From NCBI GenBank assembly GCA_038450185.1, contig GCA_038450185.1_4765.1: a stretch of 64,000 bases of DNA; one strand, written 5' to 3'. This DNA comes from a phage. The position numbers and the translations under genes were made by a program. The notes under the pieces were generated by a model. The model was not told where the DNA came from. It made no database searches and saw nothing but the letters and a program-made list of their open reading frames with translations. This document shows, piece by piece, positions 43,321 to 51,274 of this stretch (positions within the stretch are counted from its first letter, which is position 1; every line of letters starts with the position of its first letter).

Positions 43321-43487
43321 AGTTTCCCCTTTAGGTTATCTTCGACCTTCACCCATTCCGCGTATTCTTGCGCGGCTACTTTCGGATTTAAGCCGTCTTC
43401 GTACATTGCTTCAAGTAATTCTTCGTCGGTTGGCTTATACCCTAGATAAGCCTCCACCTGATTTTTCCAAATTTTATACCAGTTCAT
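43317..43487 (-). CDS. hypothetical small protein
   Basis: ORF track 43317..43556; first ATG not overlapping the upstream gene is 43487. Confidence 0.3.
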   Translation of the reverse strand: MNWYKIWKNQVEAYLGYKPTDEELLEAMYEDGLNPKVAAQEYAEWVKVEDNLKGKL

Positions 43488-43491
43488 ATTA

Positions 43492-43764
43492 TCACCAGTC
43501 AAGAGCGCGTGTCTCTGCGTCTTCCCATGCTTGATCCATAACAGCCTTGAAAACATATTCTAGAGTATCATCTTTAGAGAATCCGAAGACTTTAGACGGA
43601 ATATCTTCGATTGCTACTCCCGCAACTTCTGCATTACGCGCTTGGCAATAATGCAACTCTAAGTTATCGAGATAGCGACCGCCTAATTTCTCCATATCAT
43701 CCCAGCATTTCCAGTAACCTACTTTATCTGCAATTGCCAACACTTTGCTGTTTTCGTTGTTCAT
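43492..43764 (-). CDS. hypothetical protein
   Basis: ORF track 43492..43827 trimmed to ATG 43764 (MNNENSKV) after GGAGAATCAAA RBS. Confidence 0.4.
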   Translation of the reverse strand: MNNENSKVLAIADKVGYWKCWDDMEKLGGRYLDNLELHYCQARNAEVAGVAIEDIPSKVFGFSKDDTLEYVFKAVMDQAWEDAETRALDW

Positions 43765-43795
43765 CTTTGATTCTCCTTTTGTTTGGTATGTGTGT

Positions 43796-43824
43796 ATTAT
43801 GCAATGATGGATTATGGAAGTCAA
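43796..43824 (-). promoter_or_regulatory. early promoter cassette (TTGACT-17-CATAAT)
   Basis: Hexamers upstream of gene starting 43764. Confidence 0.45.
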
Positions 43825-43835
43825 CAACTTTTAAA

Positions 43836-43863
43836 ATAAAAAAGCCGACCACAAGGATCGGCT
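43836..43863 (-). terminator. intrinsic terminator
   Basis: AGCCGA...TCGGCT hairpin preceded by A-run. Confidence 0.5.
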
Positions 43864-43873
43864 TAATAATCAG

Positions 43874-44269
43874 TTACTTACTAAATTTCTTTTTGGCTTC
43901 GTCTACTGCATGAGATGCTAGTACCGCTGCCGCATGTGCACTTTTATCTGTGTTGCAGAGAACACCCAGATAAACATCACGCCAAAGTTTAATCATCTCA
44001 TAGATCATATCAATATCATTTTCTTGTTTGTTGGCGATGCTATTCGTCGTTATCTGGTAAGGTAACGGCTTGATCTGTACTGGTTCCGCCATCGGGCTAA
44101 TCGGTTTCGGATCAGTCATAATAGGTGCTGTTGTGGGTGGTGTTTTCCATACATCATTATTCCACGGTTTAATCGTTGTGTCGTAAAGTTTATAAGGATT
44201 TTTGTCTGGGTCAACCATCCATGCATGATGAGTACCCAAACCATTTGAAGTGATGCGTCGTTCAGTCAT
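43874..44269 (-). CDS. hypothetical protein
   Basis: ORF track; ATG 44269 with GGAGGG SD. Confidence 0.45.
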   Translation of the reverse strand: MTERRITSNGLGTHHAWMVDPDKNPYKLYDTTIKPWNNDVWKTPPTTAPIMTDPKPISPMAEPVQIKPLPYQITTNSIANKQENDIDMIYEMIKLWRDVYLGVLCNTDKSAHAAAVLASHAVDEAKKKFSK

Positions 44270-44465
44270 ACTTTCCCTCCAAAAATTCTTTCATCAAATA
44301 GTCTATCGTTACTCTGTGTTCTGGTGTGTTTGTTATCTCTGCTAACTTATTCAGAGATTCAATAGTGATCCGGTTGGCTTCTTCCATAGTCTCAACGACC
44401 ATCGGTACAATCTTTTTATTGTTGTACACGAAAGCCACATAACCGCCTTCTGGATATTCTTTCAT
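44262..44465 (-). CDS. hypothetical protein
   Basis: ORF track 44262..44471 (TTG); ATG 44465. Confidence 0.4.
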   Translation of the reverse strand: MKEYPEGGYVAFVYNNKKIVPMVVETMEEANRITIESLNKLAEITNTPEHRVTIDYLMKEFLEGKYD

Positions 44466-44467
44466 AA

Positions 44468-45832
44468 TCAACCCTTCTTAAGTTCTTTAAGATCTTTCTT
44501 ATATTCCTTCATTGCGGTCGTCTTTGTCCAATACTCATATTCACTATGATGTTTATCGGCATCTTTGACCAGTCGATCATACTCTTCTTGAGTAACGCTA
44601 TACAATGGCATAGAAACTAGCTTATCGGCGTATGGACGCAGTTTTTCATGTCCATTGATGGATTGCATTACCTCGGCCTTTTTCTTTCCCTGTAGCTCGA
44701 TTTCGCCCTTAATTACAAGGTCGATAAATTCAGCTTTAGCCATTGCATAATTGTATGCTTCCAGTGTTTCCGCTTGCATCAATTCAATGCGTTTATCTAC
44801 ATAGCCTAATCGGATTTCGACGAATCGACGGATCAGATCGCTCGCTTTTTCGAATACTTCTACTAAACCACGTTCGTTAACTACTACGATATTCTGGGCT
44901 ACTAACTGCGTTAGTTTAAAATCCTTCATGATTTGCTCATGTCGAGCGGATTCATCTTCGCTTTTGAAATAATCACGTTTCAGTGTTACTTCAAATCTGA
45001 ATCCGTCCTTAGAGCAACGGTCATTATACGATACAATCAGATCTTTTTCTTCCAGTGCATCCAGTACCGCTACATATTCTTCACGGTCGAACTTATAAGG
45101 AACTTCTGATATTGTCAGTTTAGTCTTGCCGTTTAGTTCATATGTACCCTCAAGAATCACACCATCGCGATCATCTCGCGGGATAACTTTACCCGTGAAT
45201 TTCGGGAATTGAACACTAGGTTCTTTATCCAGTTTTCCGGCAAGTGCTAGCTCTGTGCATTCAATAAGGCTTTCCAGTGAATGCGGTAAAATGTCAGTTT
45301 TATACCCTGTAGCAATACCACTAATACCGTTAGCCAATACCATTGGAACAACTGGCAAGTAGAACGCTGGCGGGATGTGTTCCAGATCTTCGTGCTTAGG
45401 TGCGCAATTCATATCTTTATAGATTTTAAAGAAGTTTTCATGAACACGAGCAAAGATATAACGTGCCGCACCTGCTTTCTGGACTAAACGCGATCCGAAG
45501 TTACCTTGACCGTCAAGCAGTGGAGTATTATTGCTCCATGTATTCGCCATGAGTGATCCGGCTTCTACGGCATTAGTTTCCCCGTGGTGATAACCCAACT
45601 CAGCAACACCAGATCCAATATCTGCCATCTTACGGAATTTCTTACGGTCGCCTTTACTCTTTTGAAGTGCGCACTCCATAACAAAGCGTTGCACTGGTTT
45701 AAGCCCATCCACTAATTGAGGAATCCCGCGTTCCTCGGCAGAATAGATCGCATATTCCTTAGCTTCATTATGTACAATGCTTTCAAGGCTGCGGTAAGTA
45801 AATGTGTTTACAATTTGACTAATTTTATCCAT
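44468..45832 (-). CDS. 52: DNA topoisomerase II medium subunit
   Basis: ORF track 44468..45847; ATG 45832 with GAGGTG SD; similarity to recalled T4 gp52 (GLKPVQRF, LGYHHGE, PLLDGQGNFGSR, ARYIFAR). Confidence 0.85.
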   Translation of the reverse strand: MDKISQIVNTFTYRSLESIVHNEAKEYAIYSAEERGIPQLVDGLKPVQRFVMECALQKSKGDRKKFRKMADIGSGVAELGYHHGETNAVEAGSLMANTWSNNTPLLDGQGNFGSRLVQKAGAARYIFARVHENFFKIYKDMNCAPKHEDLEHIPPAFYLPVVPMVLANGISGIATGYKTDILPHSLESLIECTELALAGKLDKEPSVQFPKFTGKVIPRDDRDGVILEGTYELNGKTKLTISEVPYKFDREEYVAVLDALEEKDLIVSYNDRCSKDGFRFEVTLKRDYFKSEDESARHEQIMKDFKLTQLVAQNIVVVNERGLVEVFEKASDLIRRFVEIRLGYVDKRIELMQAETLEAYNYAMAKAEFIDLVIKGEIELQGKKKAEVMQSINGHEKLRPYADKLVSMPLYSVTQEEYDRLVKDADKHHSEYEYWTKTTAMKEYKKDLKELKKG

Positions 45833-45839
45833 CTTCACC

Positions 45840-46202
45840 TCATACACGCTTACAAATCACATTCTTTACTTTATCAGATTTATCAGCCCAATCCAATAGC
45901 CATTTTAACGGAAGGATTGAAACAATAAACGGGGCAGCAATCAAAGCAAACATGATACCCCTGATAATCAGGAAAGCGCAAGTGACAAAACTGGCGATAG
46001 TGATCCCGACAAAACAAAATACCATAGAAAACAGAGTAATGATATAGAAAGGCCAGAATACCCACTCCCGCATCTTAACTCCTTTGTATTCTCTGAATTG
46101 CTTAAAATCTACAAACAACTCTCGGATAGACGCGTACAGGACCGAAAAATCATCTTTCATTGCTCTGAATGAGCAATCTTCTATTTTAGAATGACCTAGC
46201 AT
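45840..46202 (-). CDS. integral membrane protein
   Basis: ORF track; two or three hydrophobic helices. Confidence 0.45.
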   Translation of the reverse strand: MLGHSKIEDCSFRAMKDDFSVLYASIRELFVDFKQFREYKGVKMREWVFWPFYIITLFSMVFCFVGITIASFVTCAFLIIRGIMFALIAAPFIVSILPLKWLLDWADKSDKVKNVICKRV

Positions 46203-46204
46203 TA

Positions 46205-46498
46205 TTAACCGCCTTTAACCATTGATACAGGAATTGTTTTCTGATTTGTGTATAAGTGGCCTACTTCAATTTTTTCTTGAATCACCACGACGTTACAATA
46301 TCCACTGTCTTTAAGTTTTCTGATAATGACTCGCTTTTGTTCGTCGGTGATAGGATTGACTGTTCTCACCAATTCACCACAAATAATAGCACCATCTTTA
46401 CAATTACCAGTAACTTTCATGCTACGACCGTGAACAACAACCACGTCACCGTAAATCACATTTTCGTCGTCGTATTTGGTAATAACCGTGACCGTCAT
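46205..46498 (-). CDS. hypothetical protein
   Basis: ORF track; ATG 46498 with AGAGGG SD. Confidence 0.45.
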   Translation of the reverse strand: MTVTVITKYDDENVIYGDVVVVHGRSMKVTGNCKDGAIICGELVRTVNPITDEQKRVIIRKLKDSGYCNVVVIQEKIEVGHLYTNQKTIPVSMVKGG

Positions 46499-46513
46499 AA
46501 TGTATACCCTCTA

Positions 46514-46536
46514 AGAAAGGCCGCTTTGCGCGGCCT
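46514..46536 (-). terminator. hairpin after gene 46544..46861
   Basis: GGCCGC-tttg-GCGGCC with UUUCUU on minus strand. Confidence 0.4.
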
Positions 46537-46543
46537 ATGTTTA

Positions 46544-46861
46544 TTATTGTTCTACAGTATAACCGTTGTTTTCAAGCCATGCAATAACAATCTTTTCGCC
46601 AATTTCATCGAGCATTTCATCAGCGCCATATTCTTTAATGAAAGTCGATGGATCATTATTGCTTACTACGTGCTGGATCACAACATGTTCAGGGATTGCA
46701 TCTAACAGTTCATCATGGTCATACTCGTTAGCAATATCTTCAACGGTAACATTATTAGCCAGATCCACATCGTCTAAAGTCACCGTAACGCGTCGAGATG
46801 GATATAATACCTGTTCTACTTCAACATGTGCACTTTCGCAAGTAACCTTCATATCAATCAT
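46544..46861 (-). CDS. hypothetical acidic protein
   Basis: ORF track; ATG 46861 with AGAGGA SD. Confidence 0.45.
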   Translation of the reverse strand: MIDMKVTCESAHVEVEQVLYPSRRVTVTLDDVDLANNVTVEDIANEYDHDELLDAIPEHVVIQHVVSNNDPSTFIKEYGADEMLDEIGEKIVIAWLENNGYTVEQ

Positions 46862-46875
46862 AATTAATTCCTCTA

Positions 46876-47877
46876 TTAGTAATGGCTAAAACCTTCGGTT
46901 ACATCTTCAACCACATAGTAACGATGACAGCGCATTTTGGCATTCGCATAATCTTTCGGGATACTTACAACGTGACGCGGATCAACTTTGCATTTAATGA
47001 TTCGGCCTCGCCCACCGCCATAGTGCGGAATATAGTGTTTCGCTGCAACGTGGAGGCCATTAGAGCAAGTGCGATCATCATCTGGGTCCACGTCTTTACG
47101 CTTCATTTTAACCGTGCGCCCTGGGCTATTATCAAACGTATGCGTAAAGAAATCTTTATAATCAACATCAACACGTTTCCATGCATAGAAACAACCATCT
47201 TCCCCGATCTCAATGTCGTTGTGCTCTAAGAAGTCAAACAGACGATCTACGGCCTTACGGCTAGGGTTTTTCTTGCACTTCTCAAAGAAGTTCAGATAGT
47301 GCGTATATGGCTTATTCTCTTTAATCGACTCCACCACTCGACGAGTCAGATTATTATCAAGAACAATATTATGATAATACACAATACCATTTTCGATACG
47401 GAAAGCACCGTGATAATATACTTCAACCGCTTTCTTAATGTCAATCAGCGTAATAGCTTTGATGAAATCATTATGTTTAATCGCTTCCAGTGCTTCATTA
47501 AAGTTAACATGTGATGGGTCAGCAGTATAAACAATGTCACCACATGTAATAGTAATAAATTTAGATGAGGCTATTGCTACGATTTTTGAGGAAGTAGTCA
47601 CGGGCTTTTTTGCGCGTTCACCGCCTTTTCCTTTACTGGTTTTACGGCGTGCTTTACGGTTTTCCAGTGCCTTGCGACCTTCCGCTACTGCGTCTTTCTG
47701 AATCAGTAATACACGAGAGGCAGTGCGACGAGATACACCGAATGCTGCCGCAAGTGCTTCGCGGGTAGTAAACTTACCTTCGCCCCACTGTTTAGCCAGT
47801 TTGATTTGTTTTGCGGAGTCCAGACATTGAACGTTACGGTCAGAGACGGTGATTTTTGCTTTAGTCATATTATTCAT
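46876..47877 (-). CDS. rIIB: rIIB protein
   Basis: ORF track; similarity to recalled T4 rIIB (PSRKAVDRLFDFLEHNDIEI, FDNSPGRTVKM, RYYVVEDVTEGF). Confidence 0.8.
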   Translation of the reverse strand: MNNMTKAKITVSDRNVQCLDSAKQIKLAKQWGEGKFTTREALAAAFGVSRRTASRVLLIQKDAVAEGRKALENRKARRKTSKGKGGERAKKPVTTSSKIVAIASSKFITITCGDIVYTADPSHVNFNEALEAIKHNDFIKAITLIDIKKAVEVYYHGAFRIENGIVYYHNIVLDNNLTRRVVESIKENKPYTHYLNFFEKCKKNPSRKAVDRLFDFLEHNDIEIGEDGCFYAWKRVDVDYKDFFTHTFDNSPGRTVKMKRKDVDPDDDRTCSNGLHVAAKHYIPHYGGGRGRIIKCKVDPRHVVSIPKDYANAKMRCHRYYVVEDVTEGFSHY

Positions 47878-47930
47878 TCCTCTATTAGTTGGGCGACTCT
47901 CGCCGCCCGATTCACATCATTATACCAGAA

Positions 47931-48062
47931 TTATTTTGCTTCTACAACCTTGCGGATTGTGCGGTCTGATACATTATAGATTCGTGCCAGTTCGCCTTTA
48001 GTCAAGCCGCGAGCGTATTGTTTACGGATGGTTTCTTTCTGGATAGCGGTCAGTTTAGTCAT
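47931..48062 (-). CDS. hypothetical 43-aa helix-turn-helix-like protein (below ORF-track size cutoff)
   Basis: Hand translation MTKLTAIQKETIRKQYARGLTKGELARIYNVSDRTIRKVVEAK; ATG 48062 with AAGAGGTGA SD. Confidence 0.4.
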   Translation of the reverse strand: MTKLTAIQKETIRKQYARGLTKGELARIYNVSDRTIRKVVEAK

Positions 48063-48073
48063 AATATCACCTC

Positions 48074-50179
48074 TTAAAATTTAACATTCTTAACCAGTTT
48101 CATAAAGTCTTGTGCGCGTTTGTCGTTATGCAGAATACGATACCAGTTATCTACAATATCATACAGTAACGGGCTATTCTCTTTAAACTTCGCACAAACT
48201 GCTTTAATTCGTTCGTTTGCTGCCGTGAATTTTTCATCACAAATCTTTTTAGTTTCTTCGTCCATAATCCAACGAGTACGAAGGAGTAACTTGGAAACCT
48301 CTTTATTATAATGACGACCGTACAGTCTGTCAATAAATTCTGGAATACAGCGTTCTAGTTCATCGTCATGAAACAACATAGTGATCACACCCAGATATTC
48401 GCCATACCCCAGATGATTGGTCTTAACCTTCTTAGCCAGACCAGCCAGCTTACCGCGAACAAATTCTAGCGCACATTCCAATTGTTCGTCAACGAGATAT
48501 TTTTGTGTCTCGTTTCTAGTAATAATATACTTTGTTACCCCGAAGTAGTCAAGCGCCGTGTGTAATGTATTTTCACTATAGATCGATTTACGACTACGGC
48601 TTTCGAATGCATCACCTACGCGGAACATGTGCAAGCCTGATAACTCGCGAATCTCTGCCGCTTTCATGTGATGGCTGGTTTTATGCCAACTGTCACCAAT
48701 CTTTTCCATGATATACACGTTAGGCAGCTTGGGAGTCGCTTCACGTTGTGTGCTCGGTCTTTCCGGTTTAACTGCTTTAGCACGCAGATCATCGGCCTCT
48801 GATACCTTAATCACGGTCATTTCAGAATCATCATAATACTGTTTGATGTACTCGAAAGTCTCCATATGTTTTTCGTTGTTCTGACGGAACACCAGTACCT
48901 TTTTATTGATGCCGTATTCTTGGACCATGCCGTTAAGAGTCAGTGCACGCAGTTTCGGTTTATCAGTATCATCAATAAGACACGTAATATCTTCTTTATG
49001 CATCCATACAAAATGCGTAATGTTGTATTGACTGCTAACGAAAGCAGGGCGCAATTTGCTGATTGTGTGACGAGTACGATACAGAGTATACACCTGACCT
49101 TCTACGTCATTTGGCGAATCTTTACCCGCATTCACAAACTTATTATAGGTTGCTACCGGATCATCCCACTGCCCGATCTTACCCATCTTGCTAATAATAT
49201 TGCGTTGAGTCGATGAATACTCGCTCATAAATTGCGCAAGTTTACGCTCTGTTTTAATGTTGGCGATCTTTTCTTTAACCTTTTCCAACATCATTTCATT
49301 GATTTCTGCAATGCGTTTTTCGATGTTCGCTTTAGTCTCAATTGACAAGTGAACTTCTTCACGCGATGGCATCAGGTCCAGATCACCCAACTCAAAACTA
49401 ATGTAAATGGTCTGGTGCTGGCGGTTTACAGCTTCTAACCATGTTCCGCGAACATATTCATACGGGATCGGATACTGGATCTTACCCATGATTGCATATA
49501 CTACATAGGAATCGTTATCACGCCCATTACAAACATAATAATTATCAAAGCTAGGGAAATAATTAATTTCGATTGCATTGATATTCGGTTTGTGTTCCCC
49601 AAAATGACGCAGTACAAATTGCGCTTCTCGATGCCATGTCTGAATGTCTTTTTCTTTCACCGGAATAGTGATTTTCAGACCGTTGTCTTCATAGGTCGGT
49701 TCGTCGAAAATCTGCACCATTTTCGGAATAGAGTTTTGCACAAATGCAGTAAAGCCATAAGCGCGACCATTGTAGTAGTTTACGATTGTAAAGGTGTCAG
49801 TATAGCTATAAGCAGACTTCGCACCTAAACCAAAAGATCCGATATAATCATTAGTCTGGTCTTTGGTTGATTCAAAGTAAACAGTAAACAGTTGTTCTAA
49901 TTCTTTCTTAGACGGAATACCCGTACCATAATCACGCACAGAGAAATAAGGTTCAATTGCGGTAGGCAAATGAATATCAAACGGACGATCTAAGGTTCCG
50001 GCTTCTTTGTGGGTGTCGGTAGCATTACATGAATACTCACGGACACAAGCACGTTCACAATATTGATAAGTGTTCTTAGAAAGCACCATAAAAGCCTTGC
50101 TACTTGCTTTCAGAGAAAAATCAACCGCACCGCTCAAGTCACTGCCAAATACTTCTTCATTATCAATATGCATTTTCAT
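48074..50179 (-). CDS. rIIA: rIIA protein (GHKL-type ATPase-like)
   Basis: ORF track; 701 aa; IGSFGLGAKSAYSYTDTFTI matches recalled T4 rIIA; adjacent to rIIB. Confidence 0.75.
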   Translation of the reverse strand: MKMHIDNEEVFGSDLSGAVDFSLKASSKAFMVLSKNTYQYCERACVREYSCNATDTHKEAGTLDRPFDIHLPTAIEPYFSVRDYGTGIPSKKELEQLFTVYFESTKDQTNDYIGSFGLGAKSAYSYTDTFTIVNYYNGRAYGFTAFVQNSIPKMVQIFDEPTYEDNGLKITIPVKEKDIQTWHREAQFVLRHFGEHKPNINAIEINYFPSFDNYYVCNGRDNDSYVVYAIMGKIQYPIPYEYVRGTWLEAVNRQHQTIYISFELGDLDLMPSREEVHLSIETKANIEKRIAEINEMMLEKVKEKIANIKTERKLAQFMSEYSSTQRNIISKMGKIGQWDDPVATYNKFVNAGKDSPNDVEGQVYTLYRTRHTISKLRPAFVSSQYNITHFVWMHKEDITCLIDDTDKPKLRALTLNGMVQEYGINKKVLVFRQNNEKHMETFEYIKQYYDDSEMTVIKVSEADDLRAKAVKPERPSTQREATPKLPNVYIMEKIGDSWHKTSHHMKAAEIRELSGLHMFRVGDAFESRSRKSIYSENTLHTALDYFGVTKYIITRNETQKYLVDEQLECALEFVRGKLAGLAKKVKTNHLGYGEYLGVITMLFHDDELERCIPEFIDRLYGRHYNKEVSKLLLRTRWIMDEETKKICDEKFTAANERIKAVCAKFKENSPLLYDIVDNWYRILHNDKRAQDFMKLVKNVKF

Positions 50180-50193
50180 AATATAATCCTCAC

Positions 50194-50451
50194 TTAATTA
50201 AAATCTTCTTTGTCCATCTCTGCGTAGATTACATCCCACGCCCATAAATCAATAAACGCATTATATGTCACGGTGCAATCGTTGTCAATCACTTCTTTCG
50301 CATATTTCTTGATGTTTTCGTAGGAAACTTGCGGATCAATTTTGTGTTTACGAAGGTGTGCATATTCATACCTCAAACATTTCATAAACAGGTCCATCGA
50401 TTTCTTTTCTCGATGGTACTTGGCGAACATAAAATCAAAACTTCTATTCAT
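50194..50451 (-). CDS. hypothetical protein
   Basis: ORF track; ATG 50451 with AAGGAG SD. Confidence 0.45.
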   Translation of the reverse strand: MNRSFDFMFAKYHREKKSMDLFMKCLRYEYAHLRKHKIDPQVSYENIKKYAKEVIDNDCTVTYNAFIDLWAWDVIYAEMDKEDFN

Positions 50452-50461
50452 TTTCTACTCC

Positions 50462-50656
50462 TTATACATTTTCAATCACCCATTGCAGATGGGCTTCTGC
50501 GTCAACCAGTTCAGCGCGGCTTTTCTCTAAGCACTTGCTGTATTCTTTACGTTCCCAATCAGCAATTTCGTTTTTCAGGACTTCTTCATAGTAAGCAATT
50601 ACGCCTTTCAGATCGGAAACTTTACGGCTTGCCAGTTCGATGTAATGGTTACGCAT
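50462..50656 (-). CDS. hypothetical protein
   Basis: ORF track; ATG 50656 with GGAGAATCAAA RBS. Confidence 0.45.
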   Translation of the reverse strand: MRNHYIELASRKVSDLKGVIAYYEEVLKNEIADWERKEYSKCLEKSRAELVDAEAHLQWVIENV

Positions 50657-50843
50657 TTTGATTCTCCTTTGTTACTAGATAACGAATTTGGTCTTGCATT
50701 GCAATCAGTTCCCAGCGTGCTACTTTCATCATAGAAACCGACTCTTTGAACATAATATTAGCTTTTTCCTTATCCCCTGTCAAGTAGATTTCTGCAATTT
50801 TTTCACAAAATTTTTGAGTTTCTTCATTCTTAAACGGTTTCAT
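50649..50843 (-). CDS. hypothetical protein
   Basis: ORF track 50649..50852 (TTG); ATG 50843; promoter cassette upstream. Confidence 0.4.
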   Translation of the reverse strand: MKPFKNEETQKFCEKIAEIYLTGDKEKANIMFKESVSMMKVARWELIAMQDQIRYLVTKENQNA

Positions 50844-50873
50844 ATAAGTCAACCTTTTGTTTTCGATGGGGAT

Positions 50874-50902
50874 ATTATGATATATCCCCGATCCAGTGTC
50901 AA
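50874..50902 (-). promoter_or_regulatory. early promoter cassette (TTGACA-17-CATAAT) with palindrome
   Basis: GGGGATATTATGATATATCCCC palindrome across the -10 box. Confidence 0.45.
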
Positions 50903-50909
50903 CAGATTT

Positions 50910-51209
50910 TTAATCTTTTTTCAGTGCATCCATTACTCGCTCTGCGATCAGTTCTCTTAAGCACTGATAACCATGATATTTGATGGCAATGTCACGCAGA
51001 TCATTAACCAGTTCCCGTACTTCATGGTCTTTCAGATCGTCTCTGTATTTCGATTTAATCGTATCTTTAGGTGGATTGCGGATAACCTGAAAACCTTGTT
51101 CTGCAATCACTGCGGCTTCTCGCTGGCGTTCATGCTGTACGGTATTTTTGATCAGGTCTGCTTCCATGAACTTTGCCATACTCATCATCATGTTATTCTT
51201 TTTGCTCAT
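50910..51209 (-). CDS. hypothetical protein
   Basis: ORF track 50910..51290 trimmed to ATG 51209 (MSKKNNMMM) with GAGGAT SD; consensus promoter just upstream. Confidence 0.4.
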   Translation of the reverse strand: MSKKNNMMMSMAKFMEADLIKNTVQHERQREAAVIAEQGFQVIRNPPKDTIKSKYRDDLKDHEVRELVNDLRDIAIKYHGYQCLRELIAERVMDALKKD

Positions 51210-51243
51210 CGTTAAATCCTCATAAAAGAAAAGGGAGACTCCC

Positions 51244-51271
51244 ATTATAGAGAATCTCCCTTGTATGTCAA
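51244..51271 (-). promoter_or_regulatory. consensus sigma70 promoter (TTGACA-16-TATAAT)
   Basis: Immediately after gene 39 stop, upstream of gene starting 51209. Confidence 0.55.
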
Positions 51272-51274
51272 GTG

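Noticed and set aside
42859-43449. 196-aa plus-strand ORF
   Set aside because: Low-complexity frame antisense to several minus-strand genes and a promoter cassette.
47934-47943. TTTGCTT MotA-box-like sequence
   Set aside because: It is on the plus strand with no downstream plus-strand gene and no correctly spaced -10; no MotA homologue was seen in the window.
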